This document shows positions 36,416 to 49,180 of a DNA stretch of 64,000 nt, in pieces. The notes under the pieces were generated by a model. It saw only the letters and a program-made list of their open reading frames with translations, was not told the origin of the DNA and made no database searches. Source of the stretch: Octopus sinensis (Eukaryota); contig NW_021833421.1 of assembly GCF_006345805.1 (NCBI RefSeq), positions 11,801-75,800 of the forward strand. The letters run 5' to 3'. The stretch's first letter is position 1. Every line of letters begins with the position of its first letter. The position numbers were made by a program, and so were the translations under genes.

Positions 36416-37769
36416 GGTGAGGTGTGTAGTGGATGGAAAAAGATTAATAGAAGATGAAAAGAGTGTGACACACAGGAGAATGTAATTTTCAAGATGTGAG
36501 CAAAATACGGGAGAGCAGCAGAGAATTGGATATATTAAATTTGAGTAAATTATTGGCATTTATTTCATTGATTAAAATGGGGGAAAAAAAGGGGACTTAG
36601 ATGATAAATAATATGGCAATAAACTTATAGACGAAAAATGAAGATTCACCCTATTTTCATCCGCCTCGTGTCTCCTTCTTTAACGTTTGCTACACGTCCA
36701 TTATTTTTTAATCGTCTGCTTCGCATCAACTTTTTTTTAAATATCGTCTGTTACATGCCCATTTATCATCGTCTGCTAGATCTTTATCGAGGAGAGTGAA
36801 AACAAGGGGAGAGTGAATGAGGTGGTTGGGGAGAGCAAGAAAGAATAAGAGAAAGAGATAGAGGTGGAGAAGGAGAAGAAGGAAATATGGGAGTGACAAG
36901 TAAAGCAAATTGAGAAAATAATTACCTCCGCGAGATCGGGTATCTTCGGGTATCTATTCGCCAGTCATCGATAACAAGCAGTGGGAGGTATAATTTATTT
37001 TGTAATGATTTGGGAATCTATGGCAAAATTATTCAGTTTCCAGACAATTGTTAAAAATCAGGAGGTGTCCTATGAGAAAAGCCAGCAATGCTCAATCTAT
37101 TACAACTTCGCAATAACGATGTAACTTCGACTTTCTGTGGTTAACATTATGGGAATGTTGATGCATTCAATACCTTCCAGTCTACAAATTACTTGAGATT
37201 GGTCTCATGTCTGAAGACTTGTTATATATATGAACGTAAGAAAAAAAGAAAAAAACCCAGAAAAAATGGAGAAAAATAACTCATTTGCCACGCTCACGCT
37301 TGCGCGCGTATGTACGACTGTGCCACGGCGTACAAACACAAAGATCACATACGTACATATTAGTGCCACACGGGTGTAAACGTGATTAAGCGAAAAAATT
37401 CTCAATAGGGGAAGTAGAACAGAATAATATAATAAAGGCTATTAGTTACTTGATGAGGCGGGAATATGCAACTTAAATAACAAACCACTCATTTTCATAT
37501 ATATAAGTAAATAAATGGAGTTGAACGAAGATGTTATTAAAATTCTTTTACTTTCGACATATGTTTCGAAGACCACATTGGTTTCATTCCAAAGGAATAA
37601 ACGGTGTAAAATTACGGCACATTAACCTGGAGTTTCTACCTTTGAATAGGTCGCTTCATCCGTGTTACTTGCGAGAATTTTGCTAGCCTGGTAACTGTTT
37701 ATTGAATTTTCCATGTTAATGGTTAACAAAGGATAATTCATTCATCCATTTATATATATATATATATAT

Positions 37770-37970
37770 ATCTTTTACTTGTTTCAGTCATTTGACTGCG
37801 GCTATGCTGGAGCACCGCCTTAAAGAGTTTTAGTCGAAGAAATCGACCCCAGGACTTATTCTTTGTAAGCCTAGTACTTATTCTATCGGTCTCGCCGAAC
37901 CGCTAAATTACAGAGACACGCCAGTATCGGTTGTCAAGTGATGGCGGGGAGGGTACAAACAGACACACAC
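37770..37970 (-). mobile_element. Family A SINE, 3' fragment
   Basis: cttttacttgtttcagtcatttgactgcgg... Confidence 0.85.
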
Positions 37971-37971
37971 A

Positions 37972-38762
37972 TTTGGGTAATTTCAACCAATCAACGACGT
38001 GTATTCGGTTAAAGAAAGCTACTGCTTTGTGCCATAGTAATCGAAGAGGAAGAACTTCCGGGTCATATCTAGTAAATGTCACCACGTTGTTCGAAAAATC
38101 AACACCATAGAACAACGAGTCCGCAGCTAGCTTTTTTTGTTGTTGACGTATATGTAGTTTCAAAATGCCTTATTTCACAACTATGAGATGTATTGTTATT
38201 GTTATGATTACATCTTACTATAATCAACAACAAACACATTTCGTCAATATAAATATCCTTATTAGATAAAAAAAATAACATTATCAAAACATGAAGGTAA
38301 AACAAAACAAATAGCTGCTTATACACCGGAAAATACGGTAATTGTAGTGGCAGTGACAAGTTCGCTTGCTTGTTGCTAGTTGATAGTGTAGAAGGGAGGG
38401 AAAGTGTCAGGAATACACGGTGCTGACTAGAAAGGAAGAAAAGATAAAGATGACATCGTCTTCGCTCGCCGTACGAATAGAACAGAGTGATGACATTTAG
38501 TAGAGATGGCCCGGAAGTTCTTCCTCTGCGATTACTATCGCAAACAGCAGTGGCTTTCTTCAACCGAATACACATCGTTGATTGGTTGAAATTACCCAAA
38601 TACGAAAACTTTAACTGGAAATAACTTCTGAAATACGAAATTTTATCAAAAACGGCCAGAGTAAACCGTGTTCTACGTGAGAAATTCTACTAGTGTTCAA
38701 AGTTCAAATTGTTTGTTAAAAAGATTTAATTAAAAAATCTGTGATTGAGATGGAATAGATCC
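37972..38762. mobile_element. Long-TIR element related to the GGATC MITEs, left end lost
   Basis: About 120-bp inverted arms 37972-38095 and 38479-38600; right end terminates in agatcc and shares gattggttgaaatt with the 5589/29959/50775 copies. Confidence 0.6.
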
Positions 38763-38833
38763 GAAAAGAACGACAAGCAGGAAATTGAACTATAACCGAT
38801 ATACATACACACGTATTCATACATACATACATA

Positions 38834-39175
38834 GGTGGAGACCCCCTTCGGTCACGACACAGACCATGGGATTGCACCTAGAAAGTTACCCTCTTAGACA
38901 TAAGTCCGGGCGAGGTTGTTTATGGAAGACCAGCAGTCGCCCATGCATACCAGCCTCCCCTCTCCACGACACCAGTGTTATCCAAGGGAAAGACAAAGGT
39001 CGATACAGCTTGGCACCAGTGACGTCGCAACTCATTTCTACAGCTGAGTGAACTGGAGCAACGTGAAATAAAGTGCCTTGCTCAAGAACACAACACGCAG
39101 CCCGGTCCGGGATTCGAGCTCACAACCTCACAATCGTAAGCTCGACGCTCTAACCACTGAGCCATGCGCCTTCAC
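38834..39175 (-). mobile_element. tRNA-derived CORE-like SINE, family F
   Basis: Head gtgaaggcgcatggctcagtggttagagcgtcgagc; embedded in (TACA)n on both sides. Confidence 0.9.
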
Positions 39176-39486
39176 ATACATACATACATACATACATACA
39201 TACATACATACATACATACATACGTGCATACATACGCACGCATATCGTGCGTATTAGGGTTCTCTTACTCCCAGCTGTTGGAAGGACATCGGTTCTTCTG
39301 AGTTCATCCGTCCTTTGATAGGTTTGTTATTCATCTTGCAGGATGTCTAGCGAAAAGCACCCTTCTTATCAAGCAGGCTTGGGTAAGAACATGGGCTGTC
39401 GGCGACTAAACGGGCACCCCCAGCAAGCTGACGATCCAACGACATCACAAGTTGTACTGCGTAATACATACATACATACATACATA

Positions 39487-39824
39487 GTGACCCCCTTCGG
39501 TCACGACACTGACCATGGGATTGCACTTAGAAAGTTACCCTCCTAGTCACAAGTCTGGGCAAGGTAGTTTATGGAAGACCAGCAGTCGTCCATGCATATC
39601 GGCCTCCCCTCTCCACACCACCAGAGTTATCCAAGGGAAAGGCAAAGGGGCCGATACAGCTTGGCACCAGTGACGTCGCAACTCATTTCTACAGCTAAGT
39701 GAACTGGAGCAACGTGAAATAAAGTGCCTTGCTCAAGAACACAACACAGCCGGGTCCGAGATTCAAGCTCACAACCTCACGGTCGTAAGCTCGACGCTCT
39801 AACCACTGAGCCATGCGCCTTCAC
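39487..39824 (-). mobile_element. Family F SINE, second copy
   Basis: Collinear with 38834-39175, several substitutions. Confidence 0.9.
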
Positions 39825-41419
39825 ACATACATACATACATACATACATACACACACGCGCTTATCTCTCTATATATATATAGAGAGAGATAGATTGATAG
39901 ATAGATAGATTAAACTTACTTGGAAGAGGATCCGTGGCGTTTGATCATATAATAATATAATATAATATAATAATATATATAATATAATATAATATAATAA
40001 ATATAATATAATATAATAAAATATAATATGACAGAGGGGAATGAAGCGTAATGCGTGAGTGGGGCATAACAGGTCATTTGCCAGATTTTTGTCATTTTCT
40101 TTTAACTCCAAACCAGGAAGTATGATGTAGCAACCATTATGAATTGTATCATCCCTCCGACTAATATGAATGTATTCTTCCCAGTGACTCCTCAAATTCC
40201 ACGTTCTGGATCAGAGAACTCAGTCACTAGATCAACCAATTTTTTATCGTCAAACAAAACTTAGCGGCGCTGCCAGAAGTTGTAATCCAGGTTGGAATTC
40301 TTTTGTACAAGAGGGTACGTTCAGAGCATCTTCTCTGCGCATGTTATGTTGGATAAATAGAATATGTTTGGAAATTCTGACATGCAGGGAAATTCAGAGT
40401 AATTCAAAAGCGGGGCATAATGAGTCACTTAAGATAAAGCCCAGTGGCTTCTGTAAGTAGAAAAAAAGAAGAAAATGTTTTCGACATTTTACAAATATTT
40501 GTTATTATTTGAAAGTGTTTTAGCAGCATTTTTTTTCATGCAATTATTTATATTTACATAGAATAAAGGGACGGTATGGTACTTGCATCGTTATTCGAAC
40601 AAGAAAAGAGAAGCAAAAATGCGCCAAAGAAGCAACAAAAGTCTAAGAGTGGAAAGGAAGGAGGGTCTTATCCTCCAAAATGGTGCAGAGATTGTCAATA
40701 GTAATGGTGACCATAAAGGTGCAGATGTGTCGGAGGAAGACGACCCTGGGTGCTCCATCTACAAGAGGTTCTGGAGCAGATACAAAGGGCAGAAAGAGCA
40801 AAGTTTGGTCACTGTGTGACCTTTGTAAGAATTATATTTGCCTTAAGTGTATTCTAAGGGGAATAGATGTTAAACAAGAGTTCTTCTGAGAGAAGTGTAC
40901 AATGTAATCTGGACTCCATTTGCCGAATGGAGAATTTTATCGTAATTGATTTAGCTTTCAAAGTGACTACTGTTCTGTAAACTTGATTGTTTTTTATATT
41001 TGGAAGAAGATTTAGTATTTAACTTTAGATGTCTCTCATATGTTTTTCTATTGATTGCTTTCAACATTTCCCGACAATTTGTCATATTTTTATCCAAATA
41101 CAACTTTGCATTTCGCTCCATTTGTGGATGACACAGTATGCCCCACCTAATATTGAAATTTCAAATTTTTACTGTAATTTAAATATGATTATGTATGTAT
41201 GTATGAAACAAACATTCAAAATTGCCTTGATGAAAAACAGATTGTTTACAAACAATGTGAGATGATAAAGGTTCTGGCTAAAACGAAATGAATCACTTTT
41301 AATCACACCAAAAGTCAATTAGTACCCGAAAACGGTGTCGCTCTGTGGCTTGTGGGTTTGGAAGGGCAATGTATAATACGTATGCCTTCCGCAAAATTAG
41401 CCGTTGGATTCTGCCAATC

Positions 41420-41760
41420 TTTGTTCCCAGTTTGATCGATGAAAGGAGGCAGGCAGTCAATGATAAACGTCCAGAAAGCATGTAGTCTTGTTTCAGAATA
41501 GTGCTAGATCTCACGTTTCCTTGCAGATTCGAAAGATATTGCTACAACTTGGCTGGGATATCTTGCCACCTAGCTTACTCATCTGACCTTGCACCTTAAG
41601 GATTTCCATTATTTTGATCCCTAAAAATTAGGAAGAACCTCAGTTCTTTGGAAGACTTTAAGACCCAAAAATATGCCAAGTTCTTCACGGATGAGATCAT
41701 GCATGTGCTTTGAAGCTGGCGAAAGGTAGAAGGACAACTGCGATATATTTGATTGAGTAT
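41420..41760 (+). pseudogene. Mariner transposase fossil, C-terminal third
   Basis: FQNSARSHVSLQIRKILLQLGWDILPP, YSSDLAP.DFHYF and KFFTDEIM..WRKV, matching the mariner HDNARPH, YSPDLAP.D and C-terminal motifs. Confidence 0.85.
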
Positions 41761-41776
41761 GTGTGTACAAATGTAA

Positions 41777-42009
41777 AAGGCGGCGAGCTGGCAGAAACGT
41801 TAGCGCACCGGGCGAAATGCTTAGCGGTATTTCGTCTGTCGTTACGTTCTGAGTTCAAATTCCGCCGAGGTCGACTTTGCCTTTCATCCTTTCGAGGTCG
41901 ATAAATAAAGTACCAGTTTCGCACTGAGGTCGATGTAATCGACTTAATCCCTTTGTCTGTCCTTGTTTGTCCCCTCTATGTTTAGCCCCTTGTGGGCAGT
42001 AAAGAAATA
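41777..42009 (+). mobile_element. Family D SINE, young monomer
   Basis: Consensus-like; tgtgtacaaat present in both flanks as an imperfect TSD. Confidence 0.9.
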
Positions 42010-43825
42010 TATATGTGTACAAATATTTCATTTGAATTTTACTTAAAAAACTGAACGAAATTTTTGTTCAAACCCAGTATATTAAATTTTAATTAAAGTA
42101 GGTAATTAGTTCTACCATGAGTAAATGTTTGTTATCACTTATGAGTGCGTCGGGCAAAATGCTTATTGCCATTGCTTCTAGCTCATTACATTCTGAGTTT
42201 AAATATTTTCAAGGTTAACTTTGCCTTTCACCCTTTCAGGGTCAACAAGATTAAGGTACCAGTCAAGTAGTGGAATTGATGTCATAACGTTGCACCCTTC
42301 TTCGCAAAACTGCTTGCCTGTGCTAAAATTAGAATGAATTATTCATGATTTTACAGTTTAGCAACCTTAATATAAACACACCCAAACATACACGCATGTA
42401 TACGCGTGTGTATATGACTTTAGGCAGAACAAAGGGAAAGTGCTTCTGTCAATGAGTGGACCCTCTGGTACAGGTAAAATCGAGCAGGTTCAATTTGAAT
42501 AACGGGCTAGAAAGAGATGGACAAGGATAGAATTCTAGAGAGTTGATGCTCTTGAGAAAAGGCTTTTAGTATAGTAGGTAGTGCAGGTCCTGGAGGAGGG
42601 GGCACTGTATAGGCGCTGATATGCAGAGAGTCGAGTGTAAAGATTGGGCTTAGGTGCAGGTGGCACGTAATCAGGTGGCTAACAAGAACAGGAAGCATTA
42701 TAGTAGTAGTGGCAAGAGTCTGCTGATGATTTTTAGTTGTGGGTCTGCTCTGATCGAGCTAACTTATAAACAAAAGTTCCAAGATACAACTTGCAGCTGC
42801 TCCGTTTCTGAGTTCTCAAGAGGTCTCGAGTCTTTCAACATCAGCTCCCTTCGCCCAGTTAACCCAACCAGGGTTGATCAAGTCTCAGCATGCATCCTAC
42901 TAACAGGACACCACCTGCCTCCCCTCTTTGCCTAAAGTCATTTAGCGACTTTCTCTGCAGCTTCAGTATTTATGGCTTTCATCTTTGTTGCACCACTAAG
43001 TCTAAATCCCGTCAGAGCTTTACAGAATGTCGTCTTAAAAAACCCCATCAACCTACTTCATTTAGAAAGTGATTATCCCATCTTTTTACCTATGTGCAAG
43101 CAAGTAACGATGACGTTATCGAAAGTGTGCGCTTCTAAGCCAGTGGAGTCTGACTTGAGAGAAGTTGCCTGCTATTTCTAGTAGGTCAAGTGACCCTATG
43201 GAAACTATCCTCTTCCAGGCGTTATACTCCAACGGGAAATTTACTCAGCAACGGGCAAATAAAGAGAAACTGGGAATGGATCTTGCATCACGTATTAAAA
43301 TCCTCACAGACTTAATGATCCCAACTGGTTTCTCCTTTAGCGAATGACAAACAATGTACGATTTCAAAAAATATGAAGTCAGCAAAACATAAAACATTAA
43401 ACACCAGATATATATTTATTTTTGCGACTGTCCAAAAAGGGTGGATTCTGTCTAGAATTATGCATAGTTATGGGCGTTGCATACATGTAGCTGGGTGGGT
43501 CTCTTTAAGCAGTAAACGGCAGGAAGCTATCAAGTATTAAAGTTACTTAATGACCAGAGAAAGTTCTTGTAGTCTATCAACATCTGTTCTGCTAAAATAG
43601 TAACTGGAATCGTGCTCCAAATTCTTTCAATGTTGTTGCCTATTTTTTCTGTTTCTGAATTATTTTTATTTTCCAAAGGTTCACGTTCTTGTTTTTCTTC
43701 TAATGAAACTACTACAAGAAAAATATATAAAGCAGAGTCGGTTCTATCATGCTTGATGGAATTCGGTTCAAAGAGAATTTGATTAAATTCTCAAATTATT
43801 ACACCTACATACAGAAGAAATATTA

Positions 43826-43958
43826 GGGAGAGTTTACGAAAAAAAACCAAAAGACGAAGACAGGTGGTGTACAAAACAAACAGATGTATTAGTATAACGC
43901 TCAGGAATAGAAAAAATCTTTTATGTTTCGAGCCTACGCTCTTCTACAGAAAGGGACA
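43826..43958 (-). mobile_element. Hammerhead-bearing Penelope-like short element (motif 43917-43954, copy 5)
   Basis: Minus strand CCTTT-CTGTAGA-A-GAGC(GTAG)GCTC-GAAA-CAT-A-AAAGA; ACGT palindrome decayed to ACAT; 5'-truncated just upstream of stem I. Confidence 0.78.
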
Positions 43959-44536
43959 TATTATACTGATAAGAGAGTAGGTCAGTAGTTGTAACAGGAC
44001 TTAATGATCACACATGAAAATACTATACCCTCTACAGGTTATTCTAACATGCAGACTGACTATGTTTCGCTGATGAGGTCTAATTAGGGAAAATGTACCC
44101 AAAGTTATTGCTGCAGCGCCAAGGATTAAACTGATTTTTTTATGGCCTTCATGTGTGTGTGTGTGTGTATGTGTGCGCGCGTGTGCGTGTGTATGTATGT
44201 GCCCCAGTATGGCTGCAGTCCAATGACTGAAAAACGAGTAAAACATGAAAGATGTATATATATGTACCCCACTCTAGGCTACAACTGAAGAGCCATTATT
44301 TATTAAAATGTGTCCACAATTACTCGTTACATTAGCGCTTGTCTATGGAGCTCGGGAAGGGCTTCGACCAAAACTTTTCCCGCTCCCTTGGTAGGTATAT
44401 AATATACGTATACGTAGAGGTACATGTATGTATGTATGTATGTATGTATGTATGTATGTATGTATGTGTGTATGTATGTATGTATGTATGAATGTATGTA
44501 TGTATCTAAATATCTATCTATATATATATGTGTGTA

Positions 44537-44575
<39 letters not shown>

Positions 44576-45068
44576 CTATCCAAGCTTGGATAAATGCCTA
44601 AACACCCACACAAAAGCAACCATCAGAAGGAGAGAGAGAGAGAGACAGACAGAGACAGAGAGACAGAGAGACAGAGACAGAGACAGAGACAGAGAGAGAG
44701 ACAGAGACAGAGACAGAGAAACAGAGACAGGGACGGAAAGAGATAGAAATAGAGAGAGAGGGTGGAAGAGAGAGAATGATAGAGAGAGAGAATGAGAATG
44801 AGAATAGTATATAGATAGATAAATACAGAGAATACAGAAGAGAGTGTAGTGCGGGAAATGAGTCATCCGAATGTGTGAAGTGCTAAAAGCGAACACATCG
44901 CCACTACAACAGGAAGCAGCGGAGTGTTCAGTCGGTACCATCTCTTCGGCTGAATGCAACGGTGGGGCTGCAACACCATGGTAGATGGTAGTACTTGCTG
45001 TTGTTATTAGTCACACCAACGTTTAAAGACCGAAATAGTGGTTCACTATAGCTGAACTATATATAAAT

Positions 45069-45125
<57 letters not shown>

Positions 45126-45173
45126 AATATATATATATAATATATATATATATATATTATATAATATATATAT

Positions 45174-45221
<48 letters not shown>

Positions 45222-45242
45222 ATATCTATATATATATATATC

Positions 45243-45346
<104 letters not shown>

Positions 45347-45426
45347 GTATATGTATATATATATATATATATATAATATATTTGTGTCTCACGACTACAA
45401 TTAGAGTCAGACTTCAGGCTTCTGAA

Positions 45427-45506
<80 letters not shown>

Positions 45507-45596
45507 ATATATATTATATATATATATATACATACATACATACATATATATGTATGTGTGTGTGTGTGTGTGAAATTCTGAAGCCTGAAGTATATA

Positions 45597-45840
45597 TACT
45601 CTTTTTTACTTGTTTCAGTCATTTGACTGCGGCCATGCTGGAGCACCGCCTTTAGTCGAGCAACTCGACCCCGGGACTTATTCTTTGTAAGCCCAGTACT
45701 CATTCTATCGGTCTCTTTTGCCGAACCTCTAAATAACGGGGACACAAACACACCAGCATCGGTTGTCAAGCAATGCTAGGGGGGAACAAACACAGACACA
45801 CAAACACACACACGCTTATATATATATAACATATATACGA
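45597..45840 (-). mobile_element. Family A SINE, 3' half
   Basis: Matches the 7964 copy up to its internal microsatellite. Confidence 0.85.
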
Positions 45841-45988
45841 CAAGTATATATGTATACATATATATACATATATACATATATATATATCTATATATATATA
45901 GATATATATATACATATATATATATACATATATCTATATATATATAGATATATATATATATATATATAAATATATAATATATATATAT

Positions 45989-46060
<72 letters not shown>

Positions 46061-46559
46061 ATTTGTGTGTGTGTATTTGTGTGTGTGTGAAATTCAGATG
46101 CCTGAAGTCTGACCCTAATTTTGTAGTCGTGGGACACAAATAAACGTTCATCGCATGAAATGGTATACGAACTTCGCTTTAGTTTGAAAGATTGGGTGTA
46201 TTTTATTCGCTTAGAAGTGAGACAACTAGAGGACATTTGAGACAGATATTCATGTCCCCCCCCCACACACACACACATACGAACATACACATACACACAC
46301 ACATACACACACACGCATGCACACAATGCACACACAGACATACATTATGGGTGTAACCAGGATTACGGCCGACGGGGTTCTCAATGAATAATATGGATCC
46401 ACCATTAGCTGTCTAATTTGCGTATGTATGCAACATATAATGCGTATATCATATACGCATACGTATATGATACGTATATCATATGTGCATAAGCTGTCTA
46501 ATCTGCGTATATATACACCTCCAACCGTATATGTGTGTCTATCTATCTATCTATCTATA

Positions 46560-46628
<69 letters not shown>

Positions 46629-46671
46629 GTCTGTCTGCCTGTCTGTCTGTCTGTCTGTCTATGTGTGTATG

Positions 46672-46711
<40 letters not shown>

Positions 46712-46940
46712 ATTAGGGTATCTATGAGATACCGCCATTGCTGAGAATAGCATATATGGACAATTAAGGTGGTTTTAGAGTCAGATCATGGCTGCTATTT
46801 TCAGCATGGTGGTATCTCGTAGATACCTTAATTTATAATTTTAATAATTATTACCATTGAAGATTATTTTTTCCATGCTAGCCACTTGATAAAATCGTTA
46901 TTTTATTTTTAAATTAACGATCTTATACTTATATATATAT

Positions 46941-47146
46941 ATGTTGAATCGCTAGCTTCTGCACGCATTTTTTTTTCTCTCCTTGTTTCTCTCCGTGTTT
47001 TTTTTCTGTGTATCTTTCTGTTGAAGAGCGTAGGCTCGAAACGTAAAAGACTTGTTTTATTTATATTCCTGAGCGCCATACTAATACAATTGTTTGTTTG
47101 TACTCCACCTGCCTTCGTCTTTTGTTTATTTTCATAAAGCTTTCAG

Positions 47147-47148
<2 letters not shown>
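46941..47148 (+). mobile_element. Hammerhead-bearing Penelope-like short element (motif 47013-47050, copy 6)
   Basis: TCTTT-CTGTTGA-A-GAGC(GTAG)GCTC-GAAA-CGT-A-AAAGA; (TA)n on both sides. Confidence 0.8.
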
Positions 47149-47203
<55 letters not shown>

Positions 47204-47384
47204 ACATACATATACATACATGTACACACACACACACACTCACCCTCACACACGCATGCACACACAGAGATCAGTTGTAGGATTTATTAGAATCTAGGAC
47301 CTAAGTATACCAACATGTAGGGTGTTAGGATTGGCTGTGTACATAGTATTGAGCTTGTAATACGTCAAAGCAACTCAGTATTCT

Positions 47385-47525
47385 GTTGTGTCTGGGGAGA
47401 GTCATTTTCTTTTTGTGCCTTATTATGTAATACACTCACCGGTAAAATTTCCACTTTTTAAACATTTTTATTGTCCTAAAATTTTCATTGCGTCTTGCAA
47501 CCTTTTCAATAGTTTTGACTCTCTC
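47385..47525. repeat. Single-arm copy of the 4651 fold-back element
   Basis: gttgtgtctggggagagtcattttc...ttttgactctc, ending at the palindrome centre and followed by microsatellite. Confidence 0.85.
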
Positions 47526-47556
47526 AGTATATTGTATATACATACATACATACATG

Positions 47557-47640
<84 letters not shown>

Positions 47641-48439
47641 GAATGTATAGAGAGAAAACAAAGTTATTTTATTCCACACGGGTAGAAATATAGGGAAAAT
47701 AGAGGTTAAAAGTGCACTAAAAATAGTTAAAATACTTTTTGTCAATATATTTAAAGCCTTAACCGGTTTCACAGTTTACACTAATTTTCAAATTAAAACA
47801 CGTGACTAGTGTTTGAAGCTTGCCCTATTTTTATAGAGAGTTCATGGTTCAAATTAGTATATGTTTTGAATAGGATTTAATTGGTAGACGATAGTCACAT
47901 AACAGGTCTTAGAAATTGTTGTAGGTTCCCTGCTACGTCCGTGTGTTAGTATCAATTGACACTGTTTGGCGTCGTAAGTCAAGGCTGGCACACTTGACTG
48001 AACATCTCCAAATAATCAATGTTCTGAATGTTTTCTGTGAAGTGAATATAGAGAATCATGATTAAGTTTATAACCTTTTGTACGCCTCCCGCTACGCCTG
48101 AGCGTTAGTGTCACGTGACAGTATATTTTGCACCTAAAAAGAAAGCCGACACTGTTGAGTGAACATGTTTAATTACAGTCAAGACACTCCAAATTTAATC
48201 TGTCTGATGGGAGATTGGACAAGAGCCGTTTGTATGTAGTGCAGTGGCTAAAGTTAGGTTGTTAGCAGTGTCGGTTCCTCATGATAAGTGAAAGAATGAG
48301 TTTTGTGTGTATGTACTTTGTTAAAGTTTGTTAAGTCTCTTTTTGTGTATGTGTGCGTGCGTGCGTGTGCTTGTCTCTCCGTATTACAAAATTGTTTTGC
48401 TTTAATGTAGGTATGTAGATGAGATTAATATTTTAGTTT

Positions 48440-49180
48440 GGACAATCTCTAGTAACTGTAGTGTAGAAACCGAGACGATCCTGGTGGAGAGCATCCAGCA
48501 CGTAGCTTACTCCATCCACCAAAGTATCAAGGTAACTATAGATTATCGCACTAAGCACTCTATTAATAGACTCCCTGTCCTTGATACTGAGCTTTGGTTA
48601 GAGACTGTGAACAACAGACTGCAGCTCCTCCGCTCCTATTACATGAAATCTATAGCTTTTTAAATATGGTATTCACAGGAACTCAACCTTCCAATGTATC
48701 AAAATGAACATAGCGCTAGCAGACTTGTGAAGATAATGAATAACGCGTCCCCTATGCGGACCCTATGAAACAAAGACACGTGCAGAACTTCATGCACTGC
48801 ACGCAATTCTCTGGATATGACCAAAAAGATAGAATTCGGGTATATAAGGGAGCTAGAAAGAAGTTAGCATTATATGTATATTTCTTTACTACCCAGAAGG
48901 GGCTAAACATAGAGGGGGACAAACAAGGACAGACAAACGGATTAAGTCGATTACATCGACCCCAGTGCGAAACTGGTACTTTATTTATCGACCCCGAAAG
49001 GATGAAAGGCAAAGTCGACCTCGGCGGAATTTGAACTCAGAACGTAACGGCAGCCGAAATACCGCTAAGCATTTCGCCCGACGTGCTAACGTTTCTGCCA
49101 GCTCGCATTATATATAATGACACCGGTGGTGCCTGCCCTAGATAGAGAGATAAGACTGGAATACAGAGGCCACTGATGCA
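48440..49180 (+). pseudogene. Penelope-like reverse transcriptase fossil (thumb/linker region), split by a SINE
   Basis: SIHQSIKVTIDY...LPVLDTELW...YYMKSIAFKYGIHRNS...NFMHCTQFSGYDQKDRIRVYKGA, matching PLE RT motifs (SIHPSIQVTID, LPVLD, YYMKP, SGY); continues after 49113. Confidence 0.75.
48878..49106 (-). mobile_element. Family D SINE nested in the PLE fossil
   Basis: TSD gcattatat at 48867-48875 and 49105-49113. Confidence 0.9.

Noticed and set aside
44070-44100. CTGATGA...GAAA hammerhead-like match
   Set aside because: No proper stem II or stem I; it lies beside a mariner-like terminal fragment and is likely chance.
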